54,502 bases of DNA, filler included, from Catajapyx aquilonaris (GCA_000934665.2; 3 parts of 3 records of this genome joined end to end with filler, not necessarily neighbours in it); one strand, 5' to 3'. Positions 9,503 through 22,430 are shown, counted from the first letter of the whole stretch. A program made the numbers and translations. Notes: generated from the sequence alone by a model not told the origin.

Positions 9503-11277
9503 CCACCGTAGCAGACAACCACGTCCGACTTCACTGGCCATGGAATAACCTATGGTCAAGGAACCACGCAGTGTGACAGTTGATTTGCCCGCTCCCCCTG
9601 TTTCCTCCCTTGTCCTGTTGGCCCTCTGGAAGTGGGGGCAGGAGGGGAGTTGGAGGAAGTAGGAGTGGGAGGCCGGGGAGAGCGGGCGGTACTCTACAGA
9701 TGAACACCACCACCAACAGGGAACTCTTTCCGATGACATTTTTCCTACCCTGGTGCCCAGGATGACCCTTTGAACTCAAACCTGATGCCTGGTTATTGGG
9801 ATTGTTAGTTACGCCTTTCATTACCCTGATTCGGACATTAATCTCATTATATATTTAATGATAAAGTTAAACTTGAAAAACAAGCCTAGAACTCATCACC
9901 TGCCTATGGCACTCTTAAGGGGTAAATTTCACTGCTTGTTCAAGTAACTTATATTGCTCAAATATTGGAAAGACAAGTGACATTTTTTTGAGATAAGTAA
10001 AAGCTATTATGATATTCCCACTTTTGACTCGTTACCTTCGCCAACAAAGTACCGACAAGCATTGCGCCGAGAAATGGTAATGGTTACACGTCTCACGAAC
10101 AATCAGCATGTGAATGCTTGTCGATTAAATTAACCTTTCGGGACTTACAGGATATCTTGCGGTAGAAAAATAACCGCTCCGGCGCATGGGTGAACCAAAT
10201 TTGGTCTCCCTCGTATGCGCAGGAGTAAGCGGAAGAAAGCGACTTTCACGGCGAAAGTGCCCGCATACATACAATAACAATGATTTTATAAACACCTATA
10301 ATACCCCAAATATGACAGTGAAATACTGTAATTAATCGTGATATTTAGTGAACTCTTCCAAAGACTAGCTCAGGACTGGTGATGGCAAATCAGTGTAGTC
10401 ACTCTGTGTATCGATATGGGGCACGGATAAAAATGTTTGAGCCGTCTTTGAATCGATACCACGCAGAGCGAAGACAGACGTCGTGGCCAAACACTCATTA
10501 TCCCCTGAAAAGGTCGCTGTCATAGAGTACAATGTTTTCTTGCGCGAATTTCACTTGAGGGACCTTGTCTCAGACGACTACTTTTCTTCCAACCAGAGAA
10601 GCCATAATATTAATGAACAGCAACCAACCATGACAACAAAATTATGGGCCAATTTCAATACTACCGGTACTCCCCGTGATATTTCACGGCAGCATGACTC
10701 TGCATTCTGTTACCAATATCTTACATGTGTCATTGCCTTTTCAAAGGCTGTCAATCTCTCGTCTGTTTGCTAAATGAGAATCATAATGATTGTAATGTCA
10801 CTTAGTACTGGCAACCTACATTGTGTCGGTTATTTGTATGTGTGTTGTTTGGTTTCGGTATCGTGGCGTAACCGGGTTCCCTGTTGTTGGTAATCAGTAC
10901 ACCTTGGTTATAGTTGTTAGGGAACTCGCGTTCCACGATACTGTAAACAAAGCGAGCTGTAATTAAAAGATGAAGGCAAGCCAAGTCAGTCTCGAGAGCT
11001 CGTGGAGGAAGGTTCTCTCCAGAGAGCGGAGCTGACTGGCTTGCCTGGCCCCGTTTGGAAGAGAAACCCTTGAGTTTGATTTCAGGCTGGGTCAAGTTGG
11101 GATAGGTTCCTAACTGGCGCCGCTCTCACCGGCTACTCTAGCCGCGGGAATGCCGGACTAGGTCGGAGTAGGTCCACAAAAATAACATCAACCAAGGACT
11201 ACTACTAGTTTCCTATGCTGAGTATTCAGATGAGTAAAGGCAGCGTCACAATGAGAATGCATAATAAAATAATTATT

Positions 11278-11816
11278 CAGGGTGATCCAACTTTATGGCA
11301 CCAGTAGTTATTGAAAAAATCGCGCAAGCTGCTTGTTTATAAGCAGGTCGTTGCTAAGAGATGCTTTCTGGCTCTTTCTGGAGAATCGGGAATAGCACCT
11401 GCTGATATTAGGTCCAATGGCCATGTAACAATAATATTTTATTTGCTGGTAACTAAACAACGCTGCCTGTTGACCTGTCTCAGTTTTGCCAACTGCGGCC
11501 AACAATGAACAGACCAGAAGGCTATTTATTGACACACCCGGGTCTGTCCAGTTCCGACGGATTAGACCTTTGGTTTGGCAGCTAGTGACCTCATGTGAAA
11601 CCCTCCAGCGAACACCAGAACAGCCTGTTTCCCACGGATGACCCTTTTTTCCCTCATTAATATTGTTACATGGGCATTGGACCTAATATCAGCAGGTGCT
11701 ATTCCCGATTCTCCAGAAAGTAACTCTTATTGATCTCTTAGCAACGACCTGCTTATAAACAAGCAGCTTGTTGATTTTTCCAATAACTGTTGGTGCCACA
11801 GAGTTGGATCACCCTG
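11278..11816. mobile_element. Tc1/mariner-type MITE (539 bp, ~160-bp TIRs)
   Basis: CAGGGTGATCCAAC...GTTGGATCACCCTG followed by TA; long internal IR match (AAGCTGCTTGTTTATAAGCAGGTCGTTGCTAAGAGAT; GGAGAATCGGGAATAGCACCTGCTGATATTAGGTCCAATG). Confidence 0.85.
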
Positions 11817-12086
11817 TATAATTATGTAATACGAGATATTTTAAATATGATTACAATGAGTGTCAGAGAACATTTTTTAAAAACCGTTATATCGACCAGT
11901 ATTTATTAAGACACATTTAGAAAATATACCAGCACATATTTTTTGCACATGAATAAAATCCTGCTGGATTATTGATATCTTACAGTGTGCGACGAGTGCA
12001 TGGTCTGTAAAACCAGGCATGAAGAAAACGCTGTAGACATTCCGTAGTAGTGATACGGGTTTATCGACAAATCTTGACCACAAACT

Positions 12087-12120
12087 ATGAAAGTACTACT
12101 GTATACAGTAGTACTTTCAT
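12087..12120. repeat. Perfect 34-bp palindrome
   Basis: ATGAAAGTACTACTGTA|TACAGTAGTACTTTCAT. Confidence 0.9.
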
Positions 12121-13269
12121 GTCCCTTTGATACACACAGAAAGTGCGACGAGTTCACACAACCTGCAGCTAACAGTTCAAATCCGAATGAATATTTGTGC
12201 AAGGCGAAGGCAATACCGTACATCACAAGGACCATAAGATTAGAAGGCAGAACAACTAGTGTGATCTCATTAGATTAACAGATATCTCCCATGCCTCTTA
12301 CTTAACTGTGCCCTCAAGGCAGGCCTAGAACTTAGAACCCATGGTGTTTCAAGCGTAACTTTTTCGACGTGAAAAACACTGCTTCCCAGCCGACTGTAGT
12401 ACAACTCAAGAGAGAGAGAGCGACGCAGACACTCAGGAAACAGATAGATCAACAAATATATACCTGACATGCTAACGGATCCAGATGTAAGTCTTCTCAG
12501 ACAGTAAATACGAATATAATATGCATTGGTTGCAAAAGTGTATGAATAAAAAAAAAACAGAGAACTGAGCAAAGATGTTGATTAGTGTGCTTGGAGGACA
12601 TTGATACAATTACTCTTAAGTGATGGAAATTGCTTGCTCGACAACCAGAAGAAACACAAATTGGAGCACGTCATGAGTGGAACTGAGAACTGCCTGTTCT
12701 CGTCACCTTCCTACGGACTAGGATGACATGAAGTATTGTTCTTTGAGGAGCATGCGCCGGATCAGGTGCAGATATTAGGAAAGAACACCTGCGACCAAAC
12801 ATTTGAAGGGTTCAAGTTACCAGGTACAATTCCTAATCTATTACACCAACAATACGCCAGTATAAGTACTGCTGTACATTGTGTATAGTAAAAGAGAGTG
12901 ACTGGTGGGAATTGAACGACAAATTTTGTCTTCTCAATAATTTGACTTCTTAATTCTTGGAAATAATTAATAGTTTTTCTCAAATTTAAGAAAAATCGAC
13001 CCTGTCCTACATTGGACCGAGGTAACAGACCACTGTGCACCCAATGCCTATATCTGACATAGCTTTTGTATGCTCCCCCGGGAAAATGAGCCTCTGTGGG
13101 TGGCCACAGGAGCATTTCATGATAAGTGCATCGACAAGATATTCTTAGGTCCCCTTGCACCCAAGAGGCCATCAGCCTGTCAGGTACCATGCGCAACAGA
13201 GTGAGAGCCGAAATATGTATGCGAGGAATAATCATCGACTGCCTGGAAGAAAATAATCGGCAAGCTAAT

Positions 13270-13620
13270 TCTGATGGAGCAATTTGGTCTCACTGAAAAC
13301 CCGTCTGCCTTCAGAATATGGATTTTAGCAGGATCTGAACAAGCAAGGTTGCTCACAGTTTCCATATAAAATGCAGAGTATTAATATGAAGAAGGTCTCA
13401 CAAAACGCAAGTGCTTCAAACTTCCCAGTCTCTGCCAAGACAAGAGGAAAAATCGGAAAGCGACAAGAGCCTACAAGTGACAATAAGATTGTTGGCCAGT
13501 GGCAAAACTTCTGGTGTGATGTTGACAACTAATATGTAAGAAAGCGCTATACTGGAGATTGCGTTCTGGTCAGAGGCAGTAACCTGTCCATGCCAGTCCG
13601 CACATAGAAAGAGGCACAAT
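13270..13620 (+). mobile_element. Degenerate, internally deleted Academ-like DNA transposon coding remnant
   Basis: Frameshifted translation gives GAI-GLTENPSAFRIWILAGSEQARLL, YEEGLTKRKCF and RGKIGKR...KIVGQWQNF...N, in the order I recall for Academ-type (transposase+XPG+Cys8) proteins. Confidence 0.55.
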
Positions 13621-13748
13621 ATTCTCAAAATTACCAATTGAGTGTAAGTTGAACTAGTGAGTGCAAAGTAATTACTCCAAGTGACTTTCCAAGTGAAAAA
13701 AGCGACTTAAGTGAAAAAAAAAACAGAAAAAAATATTCCGACAGACGC
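13620..13748 (+). repeat. Dispersed ~125-bp direct repeat, copy 1
   Basis: TATTCTCAAAATTACCAATTG.GTGTAAG.TGAACTAGT.AGTGCAAAGTAATT...GACAGACG recurs at 15411-15534. Confidence 0.85.
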
Positions 13749-15410
13749 TTCCTTCTTCCACAGTAAGGCCGGCTTGGACGTGAAGTCAGTGGAAGGTGTC
13801 ATAGACTTCGCAAATCCAACCACCTCAAGGACGCTGAGCAGCAGGAGGATGCCATACATACAGACGACTGACGACATATCCTGACTGTCATTGCTCACTG
13901 TGGCAAGGGAGGATGCCTCGTGAAGACCATCCATGATATGGTGTTCATTGAGGTCCAGCCTTTGCCCTTGCCCTGTACAGACCTTCCTTCCCCTCCTCCC
14001 TTTCCCACTGCATTATGTGTACCTGTAATGTCCTGTTATTTTGTATTTTATGCTCTTACCTATTGGTAAGATTGTTTGATGGTTGTGAGTGTTGTGGCGT
14101 AACGCGTGTTACTGTTACTATGGGCGTGAAGAACTTTGATGAATATGTGGGCCACCTCATCATGGCATTATGCACAAGTAAGTCATTGTAGATGAGCAGT
14201 GACAACTGTACATGATGACGAACTCTGACATTGTCTGAAGTACTATCATCCGTATAACTTATATTAACTAGCACCTTAAGTGCGTAACCAATGAGGAAAA
14301 TGCAGAATATTGGCATGTCCATATGCCGGACTGATTGCATGTCATAAATAAATAATAGATACAGACATGTTTGGAATAATAATGTGATCCAATTAGTACT
14401 TGAAGTACGCAAGTACCGAGGAGAATTTGTCCATGTGGACCAATGACAGACAACTGTAGCTCCAATCCACGTGCAAATGAAGCCTGAATAAAGTACGGTA
14501 CATAACTACAGTTATTAAAATGTTTCTCAATAGAAAGTGAGAGAAATTCCTAGCCTGACCCAAGCCTGTTAAGCCAAGGCAGAAAGCATACCTATGTGTG
14601 TCAGAGTTACGGCGACCCGACCATAAAGGCCCCTATACAAAGTGTATGGAAAGTACTCTTCATTTGGACTCAACCACTATGAGATGTGAGGAGAGAATAC
14701 AGACAGCTGATGCTCCTGAGCAACCAAAATGCAAGGGAACACTGGAGAGAATTCATGAAAAGGAGTGCGACACTTCAGAGAGAAGGTCTCTGGGATGACA
14801 GATGTGGAGCACGACAACAAATACCAGCAGCAAACAGTATGATGTGCCGGTAGATCAGACTTTATGACAAAATTTCAGTGACCTGTGGATTACGCAGAGG
14901 AAGAGGAAACACAACCACCTCTCGAATAATAATGCAGTAAATACAGTAATACGAGGTTAACCTTACAATATTCACTTAGGAACAAAAACACCAAAGAATA
15001 AGTCTGCAGCCAAATATACATGTACCGCAAAATGGGGTTACTTTGGCCCATGCGCCCCGCATAATTAAGTCCGCCATGTTATGCTACAAAAATTCTTTTC
15101 TATTGTGGACACCGACGTGTCCTCTCGTCCTCAGAAAGGACAGAGTGCTCTCCGTAGTCAGCAACCCAACATATGGACACTCCTGTAAAAGTTACACGCT
15201 GCAGAAATAGCAGTTCATTTTTTCTTTTAAAAACCCGCTCTTATGTGTATCTTCTAAATATTATTCCCTCACATATTACTCAGTAGATAAGTTTAATATC
15301 GTAATCATTTATCGGGAGAGGAAATTATGTGTAGAAACGTTTTATGATTTTGAGCGGGAACTGCAGCCCTTTTGAAATGGCCTAGTTCAATTTATGGCTA
15401 TGTAACAAAT

Positions 15411-15534
15411 TATTCTCAAAATTACCAATTGCGTGTAAGCTGAACTAGTCAGTGCAAAGTAATTAAGCTCCAAGTGACATTCCAAGTGAAAATTTCTACC
15501 TAAGTGAACGGACAGAAAAATATTACGACAGACG
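15411..15534 (+). repeat. Dispersed ~125-bp direct repeat, copy 2
   Basis: Diverged copy of 13620-13748; probably a TE terminus or 5' UTR. Confidence 0.85.
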
Positions 15535-16479
15535 CGTTTTCAACGTCCTTTGAAGATCCAATCAGACTGGTAAATCCTGCGTAATCACTCTTTGCTCATA
15601 AAAACAAATGAGAAGAAGCACCCAGATGGCATGAAGTAGGAAGACTGTCCTCTACCGTACACCCTATACGTGGACAAGCAGGACACTGCAGACTTTGTAC
15701 CCCTAACGAGGTCAATATCCTTTGGGGAATAGGATCGGTGCAGACGATCATTTTAAAAGAGTCCACCAGCACCTCCATCGAAGGGCCCCAAATGACGAGA
15801 ACAACGAGTAGCTTTGCCCGAAGGAATCGGCCGAGAAGCGTCTCAGATGTAACTAGGAAATATCATAAATGAACTGGTCACTCGCGATGATCACGTGCAA
15901 AGAAAGACAAACGTGACCAACAATGCAACAGTGTTTCAGAAATGCCAAAGGACGCAAGGGACACTACAAACGTAAAGGACTCAAAAGACGCCAAAACAAA
16001 TTCAAAAATTAAACGAGGAGAAAAATACGTCCATCATAGGTCATCCTCAGCCAAAGTATTTAATTGTAAAATTAATCTCAAACTTATTTAAAATTAGGAG
16101 TTGAAACTTCTCAAATTACATATTATAAATTATTGTGCCAATTACAATGCATTGGGATATTTCCAGTTATTTACAAGACACAGGCTCAGGTGAAATATAT
16201 AGGGATCCGCGCGGGATATCCGGGCACTACTGGTCAGCCACAAGAACCACGATATGAATACAATCTTCGCTATTTGACATGCTTGCAAGTGTGAAATGTT
16301 TTTATGGTAAATTTTCAGCGTATTTACCATTTCGTAATATCATACGATAAATTTTGACGATAAAAGTATCCATCATTGAACATAATATTATCATGTCAGA
16401 CCTATAGTAATTTAGGCTACTTGCCAGTAGACGAAACTACAGGAGAAATAGCCTGGCAAAATCTGCACATCTATGAGAC

Positions 16480-16930
16480 ATGGGATCGAATAATACGTCG
16501 TAACATTAAAATTTTTTGAAAGAATACTATCTGGCAATGATGATCACCACCTTCGACCAAGTGGGCCAACTACATTCGTCATAATTTGTCATAATTTGGT
16601 GTGGTGCCAATAGAATTCTACCCCAAGTAGTACATGGCGTCATTTGACGAGATAAAAGTGTTCAACAAGCTGAGAGAAAACTTGGAACAAATTGGATGCT
16701 GCTCTTCAAGTTGACATGCACTTGCTTGTTGCGGTAAGTCATCAATCCAGTATCCAATATGCAACATTTGATACCGAACATAGTCCGGAACATTGCGCCG
16801 TGACATATTTTCCTCTTGTCATCTTAACAGTGCTTAGTTGACAAGATTATGGTTGTCACCTTGTACGATTGATCACATCTTTCTCGAATAAAGGAATTCA
16901 GTTGTTGGACGAACCTGCTTAAATGGTTTA
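16480..16930 (-). mobile_element. Possible highly decayed pogo/Tigger-like transposase remnant
   Basis: Broken peptides LNSFIRERCDQSYKVTTII (CENP-B-like HTH pattern) and GTTPNYDK...LAHLVEGG...IVFFQK; many stops and frameshifts. Confidence 0.3.
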
Positions 16931-18104
16931 ATAAGGAAAGAGCTGTTACTTTCGATAGCGGTTTTTTTATGCGACTTTAGACGATTAGACCACTGTCTTC
17001 TGGCATCTACGCCTCATTCCGCCCTAATCAGGACGCCCCGAGACGTTTTTGTGACAGGAGTGACACAGGAAAGGAAAAACTAAATATTGGCCATAAAGTT
17101 CAAGAGCAGAGGAATTGTCATAAGCAGCCCAAATGAAGCTGTAAAATGGAGACAATAAGGACGCAGCCAAAGTTATGACTGAATTAAGTATATTTAAAAC
17201 CTCCAGGTGTGCGGTTGAGATACATCGCGCCCTGAAGTTGTTCTAAAATTTGCTTCAAGATTGATTAAATTATGAATATATTTAATATTTATATTCTCTT
17301 TTTGTTTAACAAGCTAGACAGTTTGGTCTTGTGATGTCGCTAGAAGGCGCATGTTCAAATCAGCTTAACGACCAACCGCTACAGAGTTGGACTCGAATCT
17401 GTCTCTGAACATCTCTCGGGTAAACTTAAGGAAAGGGCGACCGGTTCCATCCATATTGAATATTTTAAAAAGGTGTGGCCCAAGTCTTATAACCCTGAGA
17501 AGAGATGGTAGCTTGGCTACTAGCAGCGTCTCCCAACAGGACTTGCCCTTGAGTGAGGTAAAAGCCGGACAAAGAGAAACGCTATACCTCCATCCCCCGG
17601 CCACAAGTCCTTTCATCGGCAAGGTGTGAAAAATCCATTCACTTGATTAACGATTTCCTAACTTTTTTAACCTGACTAAATGTCAGCTGATATCTTGAAT
17701 GAAACCCCTTGTCGCAAATATGTAGCAGCAGAAGAGACAAACTTCCTTACACCTTCACACCATGGCCAGACATGAGTACATACCAATCAATGGCACCAGT
17801 CAACAATCAGGTGGACTTTGGTGTGGTGTCAATAAGCTTTCTGAATTCAACTGTTCTCTTTCAATAACCTCCAAATCTGAGTGCAACTCATGGTGAATTA
17901 ATTGTCATCAGATACTAATTATATTCCGTTATTTGTCCACCAGAATGTCAACCTCAGTACGATTGTTGCAACAAGGGTATGATCCATGTGCCCCTTGTTT
18001 ACACTGCATTGCCCATTTTCTATGTCAACTTACTCCATGTCACTTTATGCTACGTTATCATAAACACGCAACACAACTGGTTATCACACTAGTGGTCATC
18101 AGTA

Positions 18105-18204
18105 NNNNNNNNNNNNNNNNNNNNNNNNNNNNNNNNNNNNNNNNNNNNTTAATTAATTAANNNNNNNNNNNNNNNNNNNNNNNNNNNNNNNNNNNNNNNN
18201 NNNN
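18105..18204. other. Artificial contig-joining spacer 1
   Basis: 44 N + TTAATTAATTAA (stops in all six frames) + 44 N = exactly 100 nt. Confidence 0.95.
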
Positions 18205-18629
18205 GTCAATGAGTACCTAGTCACAAAGAGAAGTCAGCTTGGTTAGGACTGGACATGAGATCATCTGCCACCCACAGCTTTTTTTGGCATTTTTTTTTTT
18301 TTTTAATCACGATCAGAGAGCTGCAATAAAATTTAAAATGTGTGGCCTGTGGATTCGGTAATTTGGTCACAAAACTTGCAGAATCCTCCTGCCATGACTT
18401 CCACTTGATAACCATTCAACATGAGAAGTTCACAGTGCACTTTAATTGCCACATCCCTTCCCAATTAAATCTTCCTTCTCTACGAAATCCATCATCCAAA
18501 ACATCTAAAATGATTGCAATGGCAAGTGACCCTTGCCAAATGACTAGATCCCAGCAAGGAAGTACACAACCCACATTTATAAGCCATGGAAAATCAACTG
18601 AATGTTGCAAATAACTAAAAAATGCGCAC

Positions 18630-19090
18630 CTTGTATGTATTGTCTGGCTTGACAATAAGAGTGTACAGATGTGTGAAGACGTCATCCTTGCACCGGATAT
18701 CTTTGTTGATTAGCAGGTTCTTCCCCTTGTAGTTGAAGATAACATGCACTTTCTTGGTTCCTGGGCCACAAATATCTGGTCCAAACATGATAGCATAGGG
18801 GGACTCGCCATGCATCTGCTTCTGGTCAAGGCTGCAGTCAAACAACTTCAGGTAACCTCCACCACAATCGATGTTCTGTTCATGCTTGACTGTGAACTGG
18901 ACAACAAGGGGCTTGTCCTCATTGCTGAAAGGCTCAAACTTCTTCGACAGTCCATAGAACCTAGCATCTTGTGACGTCTGGATACCCTTGTCCTTCTCCA
19001 CATCGTTATAAAATTTGCCACTGGTCCAGACAAACTTGCCAAATTCTTTCCCGTCGTGCTCCGACTGCACCCAGGAGTCTTCCCATGAGT
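18630..19090 (-). CDS. CALR: Calreticulin coding exon 2 (lectin N-domain)
   Basis: Acceptor TTTTACAG before 19090 (phase 1), donor AAG|GTGCGC after 18630. Encodes (D)SWEDSWVQSEH...QTSQDARFY...KHEQNIDCGGGYLKL...IMFGPDICG...KKVHVIFNYKGKN...THLYTLIVKPDNTYK, with both calreticulin family signatures. Confidence 0.97.
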
Positions 19091-21317
19091 CTGTAAAAGT
19101 GATAAGTTATTGTAATTAAGTACCACCTAGTTAATACAAGGGAGGTACACAATGAATTGTTCATTATAAGTGACGATGATTTGCCTGTACCTGCCCCACC
19201 AATATGAAGGAACCGCAGCTACTTTGAAATCATATATCCAGAAAGGCTACATTCACAACTAATTATCTTAAGTTCATCCCACTTCTCACTACTACATAAT
19301 TATATCCACAGAATTAAATGAGTGCAAGTGGCAAAGGAGAGGGGGGTAGATTCAAAATCAATCATTACAAGTGTTCCCTGCTTGCCTTTATGAGGCTTCA
19401 TTCATTTTTAACATGCAAGGTGTACCAGAAGCTCAGGTGATCAATAAAGGTTGTGCAACAAATAACTATTTCAATAGCAATTAAGTACACCTGGGAACGC
19501 ATTATGTAAAATGCATTATTATTGATGTGCAACTTTCACACTCCTTTCAAATGAAAGTCTGCTAACGAGAACTTGAAACTGATTGTGGATCACTCAATAA
19601 GATCCTTTCAGCTGCCATTTTATCAACAAAAGTGCTGTCAGAAGTATGTAATGATCATGACCTGAAGGGACAGAGTTCCATATTGGACCATGGCATAATT
19701 TAACTGTAGAATTTAACACACAGACATACAGCAGTTAGATTAAGCCAATATCTTTATTTCATGTGCTGTGCTTGAGGTACTCAGCATCTTTACCTCATCC
19801 CCAGATGCCATATTGGCAGAATTTGTGTAGTTGCATTCCTTTCCAATGCCCCTTCGCAAATCCCTACAAATGCCTGTGCAATCTGTGCATCTTGGAATGG
19901 TATCTACAGCTGTGCAGATTCCATCTGGCAGTTATGAATTCCTAACCAGGATGCAAGGTGTAAGCACAGTTTTATCACCATACAAGAGATTATCCTGAAA
20001 CCAAGGTTGTAACCATGCCTACAGAAATGTTTCTTATTTAGCAATCATCCAGAAAGAAAATATCAGAATATTTGAATAAGAAGTGTAACTGCTGCACTCG
20101 TGGGAAAACGATCTATATCTGTCCAAGTAATGACTTAAGACATACTTCTGCAGCAACAGGTTTAGGCTATCTGATAGGGTCATAGGGCATTTTACAAGTT
20201 CAGGATTGGATATTCTCATGAAAAAGTGCAAGCATCCCCATGGATCACTCTAAATTCATGCATGACACAATTTACTACGATTTTGCCTGGGATTAACTGT
20301 AATTAATGCCCAAGGCCGTACTTTTCCACTGAATATAGGTGATTACCAAGGATTTAATGCATGTTACTCATTGTGATTGTTTCTAACAGTAACATTTATT
20401 AAACCCACCTACCTTCAGTGATGCAACTAGGCCTTCACATCATAAGATTCACCTGCCCTGGGTTGGTGAACGTTTTAGAAATAGGTACTGCAAATTGCGA
20501 TGATCACCCACCCACCCCTTTACCCACCTAACCTTTTTATCATCATCTCTTGACACACTCATCTTAAGCTCCGGACAATGATATTGTAATCTTGCCTGTA
20601 GTAGCATAAACTGATTCCAAACACCTCATTCATATGCAGTGAAGGTCCCAGTCCATGTATGGATTAGTCCTTCAACACCCAAGGGCCATTTCATCAATAA
20701 TTTTTCCTGCAAGACTTCCGGTCTCATCAAAATTGTTTCCTGCATTTCCTCTTTCCTGATAATTTTTTCAGTTACACTCATACTTGACTACATTGAAATG
20801 CAGCCAATCCATTTTAATGAAATGGCACATTGCCAGAAAGTGTTATGCAAAATTGTGGCATTTTCAAAACTTGTTTGCCTTATATAAGTTTTGTCATGTC
20901 CAATTTTCCCTACCAGCTTTTAATACAATTTATTGACATTGAGAATGGAGCCGGAAAGACTATTAAAGGACTGTGTAAGGGTACATAATGGGTAGCCTAC
21001 AGCATAGTAGTAACAACTTGCATACTGTACATGGGAAAAGGCAGTTGATCTTGTTAGCACTGCACCCAAGAGGTGACGAACGTCATCAGGGTGAAAAACA
21101 GTGTGCACATGGCAATTTTGACAGGCTGACCTTACCCCTTGTCCTGTATGCTCTCATGAATCAGCTGTATTCCAACTTACAAGGATTGGATAATGTGACA
21201 GTTGATCAACTGATACAATCATATTCTTCACTAACTTAGCTTATACGTTGAGAATTATATTACATCATGTGGGTTCCACTCTACAAATCTAATTACAACT
21301 GACAATTATACCCAACC

Positions 21318-21350
21318 AATGCAAGCTGAATGCAAGCTGAATGCAAGCTG
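21318..21350 (+). repeat. 11-bp tandem repeat x3
   Basis: AATGCAAGCTG three times in calreticulin intron 1. Confidence 0.85.
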
Positions 21351-22078
21351 AAATGACCCATTGGCACACCTTCTGAGCACCAACATGGACCATATAAAAT
21401 TTAAAATGCCTGTGCTTCTTTGCCATAAACTGGTCATTCCACCACTTTTTGAGGTTCTATTCTTCATGCCACAGTATTACTGCTTAAACCAGAGAATGAT
21501 ACTGAAACCAGAGTGAGCAACACTTTCAACCAAATAATTGTGTTGTCTACGTAATCAATAGACAGCTAATACGCTTCCGGAACCATCCCCTCTTTTTCCA
21601 TGGCAACGCCCTCGCAGAACAAAAGGAGTAGTGCTCTTTTGTTCTGCGAAGGAATCTCCACGGAATTATGATCGAATAAGGTTCCAAGTGCGCGCATTCC
21701 GGAATGTCCGTCGACTATACCATTTTCTGTAGTTCAGAACATCCCGTTCCAAGCTGTTCCAATGCGCAAAAAATTTCATTGGCAACGTTTAGGCGACCAT
21801 CATGGAACTGACCCAGCCCCATTAACAACCTGTTCCATTTTGGTCCAGAACAATAAAACCGCTGGCCTGTTCCATTTTAGCATATCTCGGTGACTCACTG
21901 CTCCCCCAACCCAACCCCTTTTTGTCCAGTATTCGAAATCTGCGACCCCGCGTTCTACAACAATTATTATTCGACGATGAAATAGGCGGGGTCATCAACC
22001 TTGGAATCTGGCCTGTCGCCCACCCGGCATTCGAACAATAAGTCCTCTCCCCGTGTTCCAAACCCCCTGTTGACTCAC

Positions 22079-22178
22079 CGTCGAGGAACCTCTCGTCCAA
22101 GTAGGTCTTGCTCTCGTCGTCTTTGGCCGTGGCAGCCGCGGCCACCAGGGCCAGAACCAGGGCGGTCACCAGACGCAT
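22079..22178 (-). CDS. CALR: Calreticulin coding exon 1 (signal peptide)
   Basis: MRLVTALVLALVAAAATAKDDESKTYLDERFLD + G|GTGAGT; 100 nt, phase 1, compatible with exon 2; hydrophobic signal peptide. Confidence 0.93.
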
Positions 22179-22411
22179 CTTTTCGTTGTTCCCGCTACCT
22201 TAAGAAGCAGCAGCCAAGTGGGGGTCCCGTGGGGCAAGGCTGGAGCGGGGCAGTACGGGGCGTGAGAGCGGCCGACGGGCGAGTGGGGACAAACCAAGGG
22301 CTGCACTCCGGGATAAAAGTGTCGGGGAATCGGCCTGAGAGACAGCGTCTGCACCGCACACGTACGGCTGCCGGCCAGATGGACGGACGCGATTGGCCGG
22401 GGGGACGAGGG

Positions 22412-22430
22412 CCAATCACCGCTCACCACG
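22412..22430 (+). promoter_or_regulatory. ER stress response element (ERSE)
   Basis: CCAAT-CACCGCTCA-CCACG, an exact CCAAT-N9-CCACG, ~235 bp upstream of the calreticulin ATG. A variant CCAAT-N9-CCATC lies on the minus strand at 22378-22396. Confidence 0.8.

Noticed and set aside
9079..9548. Paired ORFs with the same peptide on both strands (also 37252-38045, 50893-51343)
   Set aside because: By-products of inverted repeats; no protein family signal.
18149..18160. TTAATTAATTAA as a biological motif
   Set aside because: It is centred in N runs twice with identical geometry, so it is a synthetic linker.
18205..18630. Truncated calreticulin or pseudogene lacking the P and C domains
   Set aside because: Exon 2 ends at a canonical donor and the contig ends ~425 nt later at the artificial spacer.
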